Shown in pieces: positions 39,257 through 53,009 of a DNA stretch of 64,000 nucleotides. Source of the DNA: Eledone cirrhosa. Its lineage: Eukaryota. The notes under the pieces were generated by a model, which saw nothing but the letters and a program-made list of their open reading frames with translations, did not search any database and was not told where the DNA came from. Numbering within the stretch: the stretch's first letter is position 1; each line of letters begins with the position of its first letter. A program made the position numbers and the translations under genes. The DNA lies in NCBI GenBank assembly GCA_964016885.1, contig OZ024756.1:25048001-25112000 (forward strand). The letters run 5' to 3'.

Positions 39257-39575
39257 AAATAAAAATATATTAAAAATAGCAAAAAATAAATATATATTCC
39301 TTCGAATGAAACAGTTCTAGTCCCGTAGAAGCCATTTCTATATTTTAAAAAAATATGTATATATATATATATAGTTATGTAATAAACAAAATGGACCTTT
39401 CCGACGGAATCACTTCACATATATATATATATTCAAAAGTTATATTTAATTTGTTGGGATTCACCAAGCTTAAAAGTTTTATAACTGATATAAAGCACTC
39501 AACAGTTTACTGGAGTAAATATTCAATATATTAATAAATGGAAACTATATTTATAAAACCATAATTATGTTATTA

Positions 39576-39649
<74 letters not shown>

Positions 39650-40140
39650 CTTTCCAACTCCCAAAGGCTGGATAAACAATGATAAATGACAAGGCATTCA
39701 GAGATTTTATAACCATAATAAATTCGAAGAAAATGTATTCTAAAATATATGAGAGTATAAATACCAAACGAATGTAAAATAAAAGAAATACCAATATTGA
39801 AGAAGAAAATAGAAATAATATATTTGATAACAGATGGATTGCAGTTAGAAGGCTTAGGATTAAAGATATAAAAACAAACTGTTTTATGACAAGAACAGAC
39901 CACCTACGCAAAATTCCCAAGTTGATAATTGGTTTCTAATATTGGTATATTGGTAAAAGGGGTGGAGTGTGGGCTTCGATTGTAACCATAATTTTTTTTT
40001 TTTTTTTTTTTTTTTGCTACTGAGCGGACCGAAGCAACGTGGAATATGTAAAGTGTCATGCTGAATGTTAGAGCACGCTTCTGGGAACTCAAAACACGAT
40101 CTGTCAATTGTGAGCCGAACACCCTAACTGCAAAGGCACG

Positions 40141-40193
<53 letters not shown>

Positions 40194-41152
40194 GAAGAAG
40201 AAGAAGAAGAAGAAGAAGAACAACAACAACAACAACAACAAAAACAACAACAGTTTTCGACTAAAATGTTCCAGTTGTTCAATCAATGGAACAACAACAT
40301 GCTCAAGAAATTAACGTGTAAGTGGCTGAGCATGCCACAGATACGCGTAACTTTAACATGATTCTCAGGGAGATTCAGCATGATGCTATGTGTGTGGCAT
40401 GGCAAGGCTGGGATTTTTGAATTACATATATAGTAGTCCATCCGACAGGCTTCCAAAAAAGTTTCCCTCTACCAAATTTCACTCACAAGGTTTGGTACGA
40501 CCTGAGACTATGGTACAAAACACTTGTTCAAGATTCCACGCAGTGAGAATGGACACGAAGTCAAATCCTTAACTATTCGGCCATGCTGCAACCACACTCA
40601 CAAAGACACACGTACACACGCTCGCGCATACGTGCACAAACATATACATATGGCGATGTGGAAGAGGCGGATGATGATGATAACGACGACGATAATGATA
40701 ACGTCGGTATATTGATATTCATAATGATGATGATGATGATGATGACAATGATGATGATGGTGATGACAATGACGACAACGACGACCGACGACAGCGGCGA
40801 TGATGACGATGATGATGATTATGATGATGATGATGTTGGCGATGGCAATAATGATGATAACGACGATGATGAAGAAATTATAAATAAAAAAATATATAAA
40901 TTTAAATTTTGAAAACCAAAACAATGCGTTATGAAGATTGTTAAACTGCCAAGATAACAAAAGAATCTTACCTTAGAAAATTTAACAATTTAACAACGGT
41001 TTTAAAAACCCATTATCAAAAGAGTAACCTTATCAGAGACTTAACAATCTTCATAACGCTTTCTTCAAAATTTAAATTTGTGTCTCCTTTTAATCAATGC
41101 TTCAAGCAAGCTACAAAACTCTGTTTAAAATATATATATAATACATACTTAC

Positions 41153-41460
41153 AGTGACGTGAGGTGAACCAGTGAGTGTATAATATTTTGGTCAGAGACA
41201 CGGCTCAGTGGCGACTTTGGAGGAACAATGGTAAATTCTTCGCGGTTCAATGGCAACGGTGGGGAAATAATGGTACGTTTTTCGTGGTTCAGTGGCGACG
41301 GTGGGGAAGAATCGTAAATTCTTCGGCCAGAAGGCCGGAACACTGAAGAATCGTCCAGCGGCGAATATCTCACTGAGATCTGACTAGACAGCCTACGACG
41401 ACAGTGTGTTCCTGGACAGTGGTCAAGAGTGATGTTCTTGCTGCTGCTTATGAAGACCAT
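41153..41460 (-). CDS. Putative upstream coding exon of the GPCR (Ser/Pro-rich N-terminal extension)
   Basis: Open frame bounded by acceptor TTACAG (41474) and donor CT|GTAAGT (41152). Splicing to 33973 gives CT+A TTC TCC ATG, in frame. Confidence 0.5.
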
Positions 41461-41597
41461 TGAGACTTCTAAACTGTAATAAATGTTAATGAGTTTCATT
41501 CAATTTGATTATGTGTAAGTATGTATGTATGTATGTATGTATGTATGTATGTATGTATGTATGTATGTATGTATGTATGTATGTATGTATGTATGTC

Positions 41598-42180
41598 AGG
41601 TCACCAGTTGGTGCTACTGGTAACATGTATCCCAGTACAACCTGTCTCATGGTCGGATCGTTGGCGACTAAACTGGCAACCCCACCAAGGTTTCTTGGTG
41701 AGGAGGGTGACTTTGGACATCCTGCAGGACTAGAAACAAAACTTGTCAAAGGGCAAAGGAGCTCTTAAGAGTCAATGGCCATCCAAAATCACCGGGAGAG
41801 ATGACCCCTTAGCCTTTGTCAAGGCAGAATTCTAGGAGAAGGAAAACTCTGATATAACACCTGCAACCCTGTTGGTATCCAATGATGTTGACTTGTTCTT
41901 CTTTTTGGTAAATATCATCTTGGTTAAGAGAGTGGGACTGGCTTTGTGCAGTGCCTTTGCTCACTATAAAAGCTTCACGGCACAGGCATTGCTTTATATC
42001 TGGAGACCTCTCTGCACTTGTCGTCACATGGTACCATGGGCCCAGCACTATGTGTCAATAATTGTCACAAGTGTAGTGTTTGTACCAGAGTTTTCAAGTC
42101 GCTGGCTGGACTAAAAAGTCACACTCGTTCAGCGCATCGGTAGGGGTTCTCCTACATGAAAACGAGTTGGCAGCCACCAT
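41598..42180 (+). mobile_element. Non-autonomous LINE derivative (RTE-like 5'UTR joined to 3' end) with (ATGT)n tail
   Basis: The 5' part matches about 7392-7560 and the 3' part matches 27000-27401. Confidence 0.7.
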
Positions 42181-42475
42181 GTATGTATGTACGTATGTAC
42201 GTGTGTATGTATGTACGTATGTATGTACGTATGTACGTATGGATGGATGGATGGGTTAGAAAGATTCGGGACCACACGGATGAGTGCTTCCTGTTTCGAT
42301 AATTAATTCCAGGATGGAATTAGGTGTCGAAACGGCAAGTGCGCCACCGTCGGACCCGACTCTTTCTAATATAGTCACACTGTACTCTCCCTAATATCGA
42401 GTACTCTGTTGAATAATGGTCTTACTAGTTTATAGTTTAATACTGATTTAATCCTAGTTTAAGTGTTATAAATTA

Positions 42476-42660
42476 ATTGTTTCTACTTTAGGCACAAGGC
42501 CAGCAATTACCCAGAGCATTACTGGTACTTTATTTTATCGATCCCGTAAGGATGAAAGGCAAAGTAAACCTCGGCGGGATTTGAACTCAGACTGTAAAGG
42601 GACGTAACTATGCTGGAAAGCATGGCGTCCGACTCTCTACCGATACTGCCAATCCACCAC
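42476..42660 (-). mobile_element. tRNA-derived SINE
   Basis: Same SINE family. Confidence 0.85.
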
Positions 42661-44957
42661 CGCTTAAGTGCTATAAATTAATGTTTTGTCTTTCGTCTCT
42701 TACTCCTTTGGACAGCGTTTGGCTTGTGTCAAACGCTGTGGCCCCGAGTGGACCAGCAGTACCGTTGGTATAGATTGAAACTGTCAAAGTCCATCTCAAC
42801 GACCGACGACCCCGGAGTTCTGTCTTTCGTTTGTATTTTAATTATAAGGCCCCCCTTAAAAAGTTGTTTTTCGTTTTGCCATGTTTTTGTTCGTTGTCTT
42901 GTCCTCTCTTTGTCAATTTTCTTCAGTTTATCATATATATATATAAACAAATAGTAGAAAGGAAAAAGATTTTTCAGTAGAAAATGCTGAAGAAATTCTT
43001 TCAGTGTAGTATCAAAACATTTATTTATTTATAAAGAAGATATTTCCGCATTTAATAATGGTACCGGTTTCAGCATTATATGCATTATCAACTGCAGATA
43101 TGCATAATATGGTTAAGTTCCATATTTATACAAATAATAATAATAAAAAAGGGGAAGAAAACATATTACATATATATACGAGGGTCAGTTAAAAAGTTCA
43201 TAAGTTGACTATGGAGGAGTGATGCAAGAGCTGTAGATTCTTGCATGCATTAATTATTTCAAATCTTCTTATTAATGACTGCATTGTTTCTTTCTAGGGA
43301 CTTTGTAGAAAAATAAAACTTATATCGTCATACCATGAGAGTATCATGATCAGCCTATGAATTTTTCACCCTTATCTTTGCTACCTACTGTTTTTTTTTC
43401 TAACTTTAATCTGCTGAATAGTTTAAGTTTTCCTTGAATTTGTCTGCTTGTTATCCGTTGATAATTTTGGATATTAATAGACCATAATCTCTATAAACCC
43501 CATCCGTAATAGAGTGGAATTTATCCTGGATTATACCTGGAATTGCTTCGACAGTTTCTGCGCTTTTTTAAAACCCATATGCTTTTTTAAAATGAATTGA
43601 TTTTCTAGCGTGCATCATTATTTGCAAACATCATGCTCATCATAATGGCATTTTACCAACAGAATCTTGAAATGACAAGACATTTTGTTAAATAACACAA
43701 AATGACGCTAAAGTATTAGTGTTTCTTACCCTTTAAACATAATTCTCCAAGATTATTTCGAATTAATGCAAATCCCAAGAAAGATCATTTTCCCTCAACG
43801 GCTCTTTTCCACAAAGCGCACATCCATATATTTGATAAACTTACTTATATTAACCACTCTAAGACCGTTTCAACAAATATACGCATAAACTTTATAATAA
43901 TCCCATTACACACACAAGCACACTTATATCTACATCCGTATGTTTATTGGTGTTTTCTTTCATTCTGCCAATGGGGGGTTAAATTAATAACACTTTTCTG
44001 CATATCACTCTATCTGTTAATGTGTAAAAAATACCTCGATCAAATAAGCCTGTCTGTAAGTGCAGATAAAAAAACAACAAAAAGAAAAATACGAAATAAA
44101 TTTTATTTAATTATTTAATTGTTTAAACACAACGTACTGAATTACTATAAAAAAAGTTTTTAAAATATGTTTTACCTCTCTACAGGCTTTACGCCTATGC
44201 ACAAGGAAAAAATGGATACCCAATTAGAGAACCATTTTTATTTGAAAGTCAATTAATCATAAACTCTAAATTCTATAAATTCGTAAACAAGCAATTTAGG
44301 TATTTCCTATGCCCACAGTTCTTACTCAGACAGAGTACTAAGCTCTTTTCATCACATTCCCCCATAAACACTTCACCTTGTGCTCCCTAACCACACATGT
44401 AATGCATGCCGACAGAAATAAACTACAGATGTCGCCCGGTATTCGCGGGGATTACGTTCCTACAGCACCCGCGAAGAGTGAAAAACCGCGAATATTGGAC
44501 GTGGTCCATAAAAATGCCTATAAACGTCAAAATATAACGTAAAATATAATGAGAAAGAGGGAGCATCTTATGCAAAGGGGCGTCCAATAGGCGGTATATT
44601 GTTATTAATAATTTAGCGTTAAAAAAAAATATATTGCCACGAAAAAGCCATTAAAAATCGCGGAAGATATTTACGATTCCGCGAATATGCGGTGGTTTCC
44701 ACGAACAATTATTAGTTAGGTTCTAAGGAAAATTCACGACATACCGGCGGGTACACGGTATACCCAATCTTATTAATAGAATTAAATGGATTGGAAGACT
44801 CGTTAGAGCGTTGGACAAGTTGCTTTGCAGTACTTGTTACAGTGAATTGGCAGTATCGGTAGAGGGTCGGACGCCATGCTTTGACGCATAGAGATACAGC
44901 CCTTATATATATATAGTCTATCAAAGTTCTTTCGTTGCAACAATGATTACTTGGAAT

Positions 44958-45024
<67 letters not shown>

Positions 45025-45674
45025 GTGTGTGTGTGTGTGTTTGTGTGTGTGCGTGTGTGCGTGCGTGTGTGTGTGTAGTGTGATGGGGTTGAGCTGGTCT
45101 ATTCTGCGCGGAGAGAGCTTAAACCCGAAATATCTAAATACGAGGTAGAAGTGTAAATCTATTGTTTGGTTGCCTTTTATTTGGCTTCTGTTTTCACAAT
45201 TTTATCCTGGACATGCATTGTACTGGCATTTCTAAAACAATTAAATATGTTTCAACTAGTTCGAGAACTATGTGAAAGATGTCAATTTTGAGACCAGAAT
45301 GTCTGAAATTATCTTAGAAGCATTGCATTATTTAAATTAACAACACAAATTGAAAACATAATTGATAGTTTTCATTAGCTTCGAAGATGGATGAGGATTA
45401 AAAAAAAATATATATAATTTCTGCGTTCCTACATTAACTGTATGTATGTATGTATGTACGTATGTATGTATGTATGTATGTATGTATGTATGTATGTATG
45501 TATGTATGTATGTATGTATGTATGTATGTATGTATGTATGTATGTATGTATGTATGTATGTACATATGTATATGTACACATGTATGCATATATATTATAT
45601 ATATACACACACACACATATATATATATATATACGCACGCACACACGCACACACACAAACACACACACACACAC

Positions 45675-45801
<127 letters not shown>

Positions 45802-45829
45802 TATATATGTATATACTTGTATGCATGTG

Positions 45830-46170
45830 TATATGCGCGGGGACATAGAAATAATCGCACGGTTAAACCACTAGGATTGAAGGACCCCTAGCCTTTGTCA
45901 GGGCATTCTTCTAGGAGAAGGCAACTCAGGAAACTGGGATAACTCCGACATAAAACCTACGGCTCAGTAGTTACCGATGATGTTGATCTTTTCTTCTTTT
46001 GGGTTATAGCTACTGTCGCTCAGAGAGTGGAATTGGCTCAGTGCACAGTCTTTCCTCACTATAAAAAAAAATCTTCATGCACAGGCATTGCACGATAGAA
46101 TTAATTAATATATATTAATAATAGTATATCGTGCAATGGCCATACTCGATAACGAGGGGGCAGCCATTAT
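45830..46170 (+). mobile_element. Second family of short LINE derivative
   Basis: Near-identical to about 28950-29318, followed by (ATGT)n. Confidence 0.7.
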
Positions 46171-46200
46171 GTATGTACGTACGTACGTATGTATGTATGT

Positions 46201-46271
<71 letters not shown>

Positions 46272-46889
46272 GTGTGTGTGTTTGTTTGTATGTGTGTGTA
46301 TCCAAGATGGCCGACTGAATATGCACGTATGTTTTTTCTCCCCATTTTTTTCTCATTTTCCCCGTTCCTTTCTCTCATCACTCTTTACTTTCTATTTATC
46401 TTATATTTCTAACTCTGTCTTCTGGTGAAGAACTAGTGTCCGAAACATTAGGTTAGAACTCTCTTCCTACTATTTCAAACGTTAAGCTAATATATTTCTT
46501 CATGTACTGTGCCATTTTTTTTGGAAAACACCTGGAAAACTCTGGTTAACACAATGAAGACCTGAGTGAACATTTCTACTAAGACATTATGTTAAACAGA
46601 ACAGCGAGGGGTATGAAGGCAGATGTTGGAAACTAGAAAAACTGTATGTAGAACATGGAACGGATCTCCACCAGTTTCGACGAAACAACCTGCTCGAGAA
46701 ATTAACGTGCAAATGAGTAAGCATTCCGTAGTCACGTGTGCGCATGACGTAATTCACAGAAAGATTTAATGTGACCCAATGGTCCTTTTAATTATAAGTA
46801 TACTCCATCCAATTAGGCTTCTAATCAATTTCCATTTGTTCAATTTCAGTCAGAAACCTTGGGATAACCTAAGGCAAATAACACACACA

Positions 46890-46980
<91 letters not shown>

Positions 46981-46999
46981 ATATATATATATATATATT

Positions 47000-47140
47000 G
47001 GTTCGGATCTAGCTGTCGAAACGGCCGGAGCTCAGCCGTCGGGGTCCTGACTCTTTTCCTATTACCCACTCTACTACCGTAAGTATCGAGTACTCTGGTG
47101 CGTTATGGTCCACCTGGCTCCTTACCACACTTCCTTTATT
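47000..47140 (+). mobile_element. Family B mini-element (HHR 3' half + tail)
   Basis: GAAACGGCCGGAGCTCAGCCGTCGGGGTC followed by the family tail; starts at (TA)n. Confidence 0.75.
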
Positions 47141-47463
47141 ATGTAACTCGAAGTTATAGCTGCCACATAGCAGAGCGCTATTCGAGTTGTTTGAGGCAAT
47201 CACAAAGCACTCAATGGAGCGAGATGTTAATATATTATCGTCCAGTGTAAAACACAACATTTAAAACATGTGACACCAAGAAAGACGAGCTAACGCAGTG
47301 GCATATATATATGCCACAATAACGATACATATTGAAAAGCTAGTCCCTGACGACTGAGTTTACTCCATTTTAACGGCGAATGAATAACTCATATATACAT
47401 ACGTATATGTATGTGTGTGCAGGTGCGTGGTTGTGTGTATACGTAATTGTGCGTGTAAGCGTG

Positions 47464-47580
<117 letters not shown>

Positions 47581-47799
47581 CAGCGAGAATCGTATTTCGG
47601 CTGGTCGAAAAAGCGAAACGAAACGCAAAATCGTAGAAATGATGGCAAGCGCTCAATAGTTAAAAAAACCAGAGCTAAACAATATGTTAAAACGCCATAC
47701 AAACTGAAAAAGTGGTTAAGAAGGCATTAACCACCTAAGCCAAAAAAACAAATCAAGCTAAACAGGTCAAACAAAATAAATATATATATATATATACGA

Positions 47800-48102
47800 T
47801 ATATTAACAAATGGAAACTATATTTATAAAACCATATTTATTTCATTATACATATTTCAAGGACACAAAGTCAAATTATGGTGCGCTTTCATGAGATAAA
47901 ATATAATATAGATCAGTTTTATAAATAAATATTGACATACCCTTAAAGAATGCGACCATTTCTGTTGGAAGCTCCCGGATAGTTTGTCAATATAGTTTCC
48001 ATTTGTTAATATAGCGTATTTTTACTCCAATAATTTGTTGAGTGCTTTATATCAGTTATAAAAATATTTGCTTGTTGTATCCAAACAATTTAAATATAAC
48101 TT
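47800..48102. mobile_element. Family A inverted mini-element with a mutated HHR core (CTCATGA)
   Basis: Homologous to the arms and tail of 21390-24195, without the ORF. Confidence 0.7.
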
Positions 48103-48104
48103 CT

Positions 48105-48196
<92 letters not shown>

Positions 48197-48216
48197 ACAT
48201 GTATATATGTGTATGC

Positions 48217-48275
<59 letters not shown>

Positions 48276-48685
48276 AATATATGTGTGTGTATGTATGTAT
48301 GTCTGTTGAGTGAGTGTGTGTTCGTGTGTGTGTGTACGTGTACGATTGTGTGTATGTGTATTTGTTTGTGGGTGTGTTTTTGTGTGTGTGTGTGTTTGTG
48401 TGATTGTGTGTGTGTGTGTGTGTTTGCGTGTGTCTGTGTGGGTTTGTGTGTCTGTGTGTGTTTGTGTGTTCGTGTGTGTGTGCATGTATGTGTGTTTGCG
48501 TGTGTGTGTGTGTGTGTTGGTGTGTTGTGAGTGTGTTTGTGTTAAGTACTGCAGCTTGAACAAACATCGTGATCAAATAAAAACACACCTAAACAGTATG
48601 GCGGACGGGATAGGACAACAGAAGTGAATAATATGGAAACCAAAACACAGATTTTATCTGTGAGTGCAAAGATCTGTAGAGATAA

Positions 48686-48765
<80 letters not shown>

Positions 48766-48774
48766 AGATGAAGC

Positions 48775-49332
48775 AGAGGCGGTGTTTCTGTGCGTAATAG
48801 CCATGGCGAAAGAGGTTGTATGGTGGACGCGTCTGAAAGGACTGAGGTCAGGCACCTTTCTCTCTGGCCAACAACTGGTCCGTTTCTTCCGATATCATTT
48901 CGGAAGAAGGATCAGGATGGAGAGAGAGGTGCTGCACCCCAGTCGTTTTTATGAAAGGTGGGTGAAAGTGGCGAGAATGGCCCGTGTGAATGGGCCTTCT
49001 CTTTACATAAGCCTGTAGGTGGAAAAGAGGAAGGAACGAGGGAGCACCCCCTCTCTGTGCTCCTGAGGAAAAGGGTTGCACACTTTTTTCGGGGGGGTGT
49101 GCGACCCCCCAAGGCGCCTCCTCTCTATTGAGGATTTTGTTATAAATTTTATTTTTTGTTATATTTTATAACAAAATCCTCTATTGAGGATTTTGTTATA
49201 ATTCTATTTTTTGTTATATTTTATTTTATTTTTATATATTGTTATTGCCTCCTCCCTATTGAGGACGCCTTGTTTTGTAAACTCCCCCCATTGTACTTGT
49301 CCCACTTTTGATGCCCTTGTGGCAAATAAAAG
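48775..49332 (+). mobile_element. 3' end of an L1/Tx1-like LINE
   Basis: KEVVWWTRLKGL..EREVL..RW, ending at AATAAA. Confidence 0.55.
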
Positions 49333-49907
49333 AAACATATCTATCTATTTGTCTATCTGTCTGTCTATCTATACAATCTATCTATCTGTCTGTCTTCCTG
49401 CCTACATCCTCTACCCAGTCACCCCACCATTCCAATCCATTGCCCAGTAACCGTAATACCATTATAATAGTACTCAATACCATCAATAAAAGCTGTATCA
49501 ACAATGCCTGCTGTAATCTCTATATCGATTGTCCCACATCCATCCCCTTTAAGTGTTGCAATCGACTACTCCATCAAATACCACTGCCCTCATCACCATC
49601 GCTGCTACTACTACTACCATCACTACCCTCATCAACACCATCAGCATCACCACCACTACGACACCACCCCCACCCCGCCACCACACCACCACCACCACCA
49701 TCACCATCACAACCACCACCACCACAACCGCCATCATCACAACCACCAGTACCATTAGGCTGTCGTTCCATTTACGATACTTGAAATGACCTAGTTTTTG
49801 TTAGCTTAATTCTAATAGCGGTTTCTAATTTAGGCTCAATTTGTGTGTGTGTTGATTTAACACTTCACTGCTCGCAAGTGTTTTTTAAGCTTCATATCAT
49901 GTCTCCC

Positions 49908-49978
49908 TATTTTATCTGATGAGAACGCAAATATCATCCCACGATGATATTTGTTTTTGAAATGCGCATAATAAAATA
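49908..49978 (+). ncRNA. Type I hammerhead ribozyme motif
   Basis: TATTTTAT-CTGATGA-long stem II (CAAATATCATC/GATGATATTTG)-GAAA-TGCGCA-TA-ATAAAATA. Confidence 0.75.
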
Positions 49979-50176
49979 CATGGAACTCTTTTAACCATCT
50001 TTTGATCTTATATTATTTATACTCCAGTCCTATAAACTGTTGAGTACTACTTATCCGATATTTGCATTGCTTTATTGTGCTACAATAAAACTCACCTCCT
50101 ACATTATATATATATATATATATATATAAAGTGAAGAATAACATGGTTGACAGTACAAACAAGGATATTTATTTAC

Positions 50177-50283
50177 AGTCTTACAATTGTTTCCATGATA
50201 GAATTGTCTATAAATTGCTAAATACTGGAGACAGTATAACTCAATTTACAATACATCTAACTTCAATCATTTCATCAGAAACT
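50177..50283 (-). ncRNA. Type I HHR motif with an expanded loop 2
   Basis: AGTTT-CTGATGA-AATGAT...ATCATG-GAAAC-AATT-GTA-AGACT. Confidence 0.6.
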
Positions 50284-50406
50284 ATTAAGAAATATACCAA
50301 CGTAAACCTCTTGTTGAGTCACACAGCACCGTACGCATAAACTGTCCATGATAAGTAGTTTTCGCAGACTCTTATCGGATTACCTCTAACGATTTATTGT
50401 TATCCT

Positions 50407-50464
<58 letters not shown>

Positions 50465-51800
50465 AGAAGCAAAAAATTGCTTATTGTGATCCAGTTCTTG
50501 GTTAAGAAAGCCAGTTTCATGGATGGTTTCAACGTACGGTTAGGGGGTAACTCCACAAATTTGTAAGAATTCCGTTCAATCTTGGAGTATAAAGTATAAC
50601 AGAGAAAACACAGGTAAGCATTAAGAGAAGGATTTTATCCAGGTATTTACGACCGTTTCATTGGTAAGTGCAACCTTATATTGCTATACTGCAAATAGCA
50701 GCCACTCAATTATAATTGTTGTTCACAGTCAAAATTTTCAAAATAGTGAGTAAGTTACTCTTGAAGTAGTTCTTAATATATAGAGAAAAACATTTATTTG
50801 GAATTGTATTTACTGGTATAGAGAGAAAGGAATCAGAAGGTGAGGGGACAAACGGAATAGTATAGAGAGAGAGGAAGGGGGAAGAGGTAGGAAGTAGAGT
50901 GATAAACTGAGATGGAGGGAGGGGTAGAGGTGGAAGGATTCCTTGGTCAGTTTTGATAGCAGACTTCATGTCGTGGAATGCTCTGATTATTTAATTTATT
51001 AATTCATCATTGAGCCACATCGTGAATGGTTGCCAAAAACATATATATCTATGACTTTGTCTGGTTTGTGTATATGTAAATCTTTATATTTGATAATCTC
51101 CCATAAGGTTGAGATGCAATTTAGGCAATATTAGGCTGCGCTTTCTAGCAACCAGCCCACTCGCCGTAAGGCACTAATCACATTCTTTCTGACTTGACCA
51201 CTGCCACGTCACAGTTCTTAGCCATTTTGAATTCGTTTCTGGCGGGAATCATTTAAGAAAAATCTTTTTCCAAGTGAGTTTGTTTCCTGATGATTTCGAA
51301 GCCCGAGAATTTATCCTTCATCAGATATTTCCAAAAGCGAATGAAATCCTAAGTGGTAGAAACGTAATCCTGGTATGTTTATATACATTTTTTCTTCTAA
51401 CTTTAATTTTATACCTAATTGTGTATGGTTGACGATATATTTAATCGATTTCCACGTGCTATTGAAATGGTGGGTAAATATTCTATAGCTGTTGATCGCG
51501 AATAGATGGCTGTCGTTTATTTATCTATTATTTCTTTATAGGTGCCTTTTAATCTTATAGCCTGGTTTAAATTGTTTTTTTGTGTGGTTGATTATGCTGA
51601 TTGGGAGAGGAAATGGTGTATATATCTTATCAAATGATTCTATGGACATAATTTATAGTATATTGCTCTGATTATTTAATTTATTAATTCATCATTGAGC
51701 CACATCGTGAATGGTTGCCAAAAACATATATATCTATGACTTTGTCGAGTTTGTGTATATGTAAATCTTTATATATATATATATATATATATCTATATAT

Positions 51801-51890
<90 letters not shown>

Positions 51891-51904
51891 TATATATAAA
51901 TATG

Positions 51905-51969
<65 letters not shown>

Positions 51970-53009
51970 GTATGTGTGTACCAGACATGAAATAGCAAAT
52001 CAGTGCTGGGTCCATATGCCACATTAAATCCTTTGAAGGCACTGTTTCAGCTTGGTCGCAGTCTAATGACCGAAACCAGTAAAAGAAAAAAAGAAAGAAA
52101 AAAAAAGAAAAAGAGGAAAAGAAAGAATAAAAGATAGTGATAGTTGATACATATATATTTCCTCCTCTCCCTCCTTCTCTCCTTTCTCTGTTTCCTCATA
52201 ATTTTCTCCCATCTCATCTTCACCGCCGCCACCTCGTCTGGAATTCGAACACATATGACACCAACACGTGAAATCAGCTAAAGAGAGAGCCTCTATGTAG
52301 TTCATCTCCACGCTAGAAATAGCAGCGATATCTCCTCCTCATCCCACTAACGTGTTTAATATATAGAGGGACTCATTGGATAATGTATTCCTAGATATAT
52401 TATGGCTGGAAACAAGACAGACTGGTCACGACGGTTGTTCTATTCATCACAAGTCAACTAGATCAAAGTTGACATGTGCATAAACAACAGCATCAACACA
52501 ACCACAATTACTACCACCACTACTACCACTACCAGCACTATCATCAAAACCACCTCAACCACCACTATCACCATCGAAAACACCACTGCTACCGGCATCG
52601 CCACTCTCTATCACTATCACTATCACTACAACCAATACAACCACTACCACTACCACCACTACTACCACAACCATCACTGCCTGCAATGACCGCCGCCGCC
52701 ACCACTACCCCCACCATCACCATCATCATCATCATCATCAGCACCATCATCATCACCATCATCATCATTATCATCATCATCATCTTCATCTTCATCTTCA
52801 TCATTATCACCATCATTGGCTAGAAATAACAGCCAAATCTTCCTTCACAATCACACCCTACTGTCATAAAGAAAAGAGAAAAAAAAGGCACATATTTGAC
52901 AATACACTCATAGATACACCATGGAAGACATAAAGGTCGGGAAGACAATGGTTAGAACAGATTTATCTCAAGTTTGCTTGATCAAGGCTACCTTGAACTA
53001 AACCACATC

